A DNA stretch of 64,000 nucleotides from Lingula anatina. Lineage: Eukaryota; Animalia; Brachiopoda. The stretch lies in the NCBI GenBank assembly GCA_051362555.1, contig CM120649.1, positions 2,790,001 to 2,854,000 on the forward strand, written 5' to 3'. Made by a program: the position numbers and the translations under genes. The notes beneath the pieces were generated by a model. It had not been told where the DNA came from. It was given only the letters and a program-made list of their open reading frames with translations, and searched no databases. Of this stretch, positions 61,121-64,000 are shown piece after piece; position 1 is the first letter of the stretch; each line of letters starts with the position of its first letter.

Positions 61121-61640
61121 AGACCCCATTCCCAGAGATTAGAACGATCTACTTTAGATCGTCCTAACTCCCTGGGGGTTCATGCTAAATAGCTGTCAGC
61201 TAACGGACATGAAAGTTAATTACCCCCTTACAGCTTGTAGTAGGCAGGATGGACATTTAAGCCAGATTATGTGACAGTAGACTCCCCGCAGGGATAGATC
61301 GATCTAAAAGCTCTGGGAATACGCCTTAAGACTCTTCAAAATCAAGATAGATACCTAAACTTGGCAATTTCTATAGCTCAAGCATTCAGACATATAATGA
61401 AAATCATATCAAAAAAGCCACATAGGCTCTATTCCCATAGATTTTAGATCGATCTATCCCCGCGGGGAGTCTCACTAGATTACTTTCAGATAATCCGACT
61501 TAAATGTCCGTCCCGCCTACTACAAGCTGTAAGGAGGTAATTAACTTTCGTGTCCGCCCGGCTGACAGCTATTTAGCGTGAACCCCCAGGGAGTTAGGTC
61601 GATCTAAAGTAGGTCGATCTAATCTATGGAAATGGGGTGA
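61121..61640. mobile_element. Two MITE family A copies in opposite orientation (61121-61326, 61425-61640)
   Basis: Both match 31336-31562, and they are reverse complements of each other with a ~100-bp spacer. Confidence 0.85.
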
Positions 61641-62700
61641 TAGAAGACAATTTTTTTTTATCTGCACTTTCTTCTAGGGTCTGACTTTATAAGTGATTAC
61701 CCAATACATATCCATGGTTCCGCAACTGAAGTCAAAATCGAGAGATACATAAACTAAGTAAATTATAGAGGTCAAACACTCAGATTTACACAAAAAAGGG
61801 AAAAAAAACATATTAAAAAGAGGGAGGTGTTAAAAATGCCTTAATGACACTTAACAGGGTTTGGTTATGTACTGTTAGCTTGCCAACTTTCAGCTTTGCC
61901 ATTGTACCTAAATGCTAAGTTTAACTAGGTACCTTCGATATTTTCCAATTTTCTTAGTGGTATAGATCTCAGAAAACCTCGACTCGACGTCTGGAACCAG
62001 TTAGAACATAAACAACTATTCCATCGGAGAGAGTTATTATCTTAAAACATAATAAAACATAAGGTAATTATGGGAGAAGACTTTGGGATTTAAGAAATCA
62101 AAATTACTTTCATAAATTTCCCCGAGGAATCTGAAAAAATTCTTTCAGACATGATCCGCCCACCGCCATATTGATCTGGAGTATACAGGATACCACATGT
62201 ACAAGGCTCTCTGACCTCCCAATTACCTGAAAAAGTCTCCATTACCAGAAAACGTCTGCTATTTTTAAAATCTTTCTCAAGGTAATCCAGGTAATCTCAG
62301 TGATCAAATCAGATTTTTTTTTTTTGGCAAGTCAAGCTAATCATTTTTCCCAGGTGACTTAACCTCAGCCATTTTGTTTTCATGAAACTTTCTTTTCAAA
62401 GATGACTTTGGCAAAAAAGAAAGAAGTAAGTTTTCAATTTTTCTGAGTTAAAAAAATAATAAATAATAATAATTTTTTACTTAAATTGTTTTCAAATGGT
62501 ACCTTGCAAATGATTTTCAAAAGTGCACAGGATTTAAGTCTGCCAGTCAAGGACAATTCTGTATAATTTCGGCACGGCTGATACTGAGACACTTCATCAT
62601 ATATACTAGCAAACTTAAATATAACAGCTGGGAACCTGCCCACTACATTTTAAAAAACCATAAAGTTTTCCTAACTGCCTTAGACCCACACAGTAATCAT

Positions 62701-62790
62701 TTTACCACTGCTTTGGATAAATTATGGCAGATTATTTGATAAATTGGTAAACAGGGTTCAAAACTGTAATTTATCCCAAACCATGGTAAA
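62701..62790. repeat. Short inverted repeat (mini-MITE)
   Basis: tttaccactgctttggataaatta ... taatttatcccaaaccatggtaaa. Confidence 0.55.
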
Positions 62791-64000
62791 ACAGTAAGTA
62801 AATTGGTGGTAGATTTCTTTTTTCATCTAAAAAAAACTTTTGAATAATTTTTTTAGTGTGAGAAAAGAATATCTTACACTCTTACATAAATTTTTTTTTT
62901 CTTTGGTAAATGGTTGACAAAATATTTTGCTAGTCTGCGAATCACATGTTCAACCTTGATAAATTAAGGTCAGTTGAAGTCTTTAAGCCTATTTATTTTT
63001 GTGGTATAAAATGTTCCTTTCACTTGCTCCAATAAGGGAATTTGGAAAATGAGAGAGAGAGAGAGAGAGAAATATCACTAAATGTTCTACCAATGTCCAT
63101 ATTCAACAAATTCTCACCAAGAAAGACAATTGAACAACCTTTAATCCAAAAGCTACAGCACAAGCCTAAAGATGAGTGCTTTTTTTCTTAAATTTTCTTA
63201 TGCAAGTTACTGTATGTGTGCAAGTAAAACAGCTTCCAATAAATATTGTTCTCGAAGGCTACAAGTGAGTTTTGATGGTATTCTGGATCTTTGCCAATTT
63301 CAATAATCCAGTTTCCACATGGCATTATGCACATCTCTGATAAACAAACTGAGGTACAGTATTTGTGTTTCTACTGCTTTAATTTCTTTGAAAAAAAAAG
63401 GTCAATGTAAATATTTGTCTCTGGCATATTTACATATTTTTCCCCCTTTATGTTACCAACATAATGGTTCACAAAGTCAAAAGAAAAGTGGACTATTCCA
63501 GACACACGGTTTTCTGAAAACACTTTTTTCATATTCAATGTTATTATAACTGCTATAAACTGCATGTCCCCCCTTTAAAACCCTAATATCAAGGATCAAA
63601 GAGCACAGTAAATGATCATCTCATTTTATTTACCTTTTAAAAATGCTAATACGAAGTGGTTCATGGCAAAAGGAAGACATTATTGTGTTGGTGTCTCAGC
63701 TACCACATTTCACATAAAATTCAGATATATTCTGAATGAACATTGTTCTAGAAAAGGCACCAGAAAGAAACTGCAATCACAATTACAGAAAGACATAACA
63801 AAAAATCAATTAATTACTAGTAACTGACAAAAATGCTGAGAAAAAAGTTAAATACCTAACCTGCACTAGTGTATATATGTATAAAAGTGTTAAAACGTCA
63901 CTGCTGAAAGGAACACCAAAGGACATCTGGTACCACCTGAAAACTTAATAAATACATCTCTCTCTCTCTCTCTCTCTCTCTCTCAGGCTTTTTAAACCAG

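Overview
AT-rich, intron-containing animal DNA, most likely from a lophotrochozoan invertebrate such as a mollusc (inferred from gene content). It is not prokaryotic. Four protein-coding genes can be reconstructed by hand from splice signals and reading phase: (1) the first coding exon of a NALF/FAM155 NALCN auxiliary factor (- strand, 12138-12971; later exons not found); (2) a 3-exon CHST8-14-type carbohydrate sulfotransferase (+, 19194-21287); (3) a 6-exon ependymin-related protein that the ORF track shows only in fragments (-, 21557-24640), tail-to-tail with the sulfotransferase; (4) a 13-exon beta-arrestin (-, 30217-51253). The standout is hidden isoform complexity in the beta-arrestin. 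It has a tandem-duplicated, obligatorily mutually exclusive 73-nt exon 9 whose variant lacks the phosphoinositide-binding Arg/Lys. It also has a candidate Cys-rich alternative first exon behind a CRE cluster, a 30-nt Cys-containing microexon at the C-edge loop, and further microexon candidates. The rest is a 5'-truncated L2/CR1 LINE, many palindromic MITEs (some nested or chained), a degenerate hammerhead-like motif, and micro/minisatellites. All exon calls are manual and need RNA-seq confirmation.
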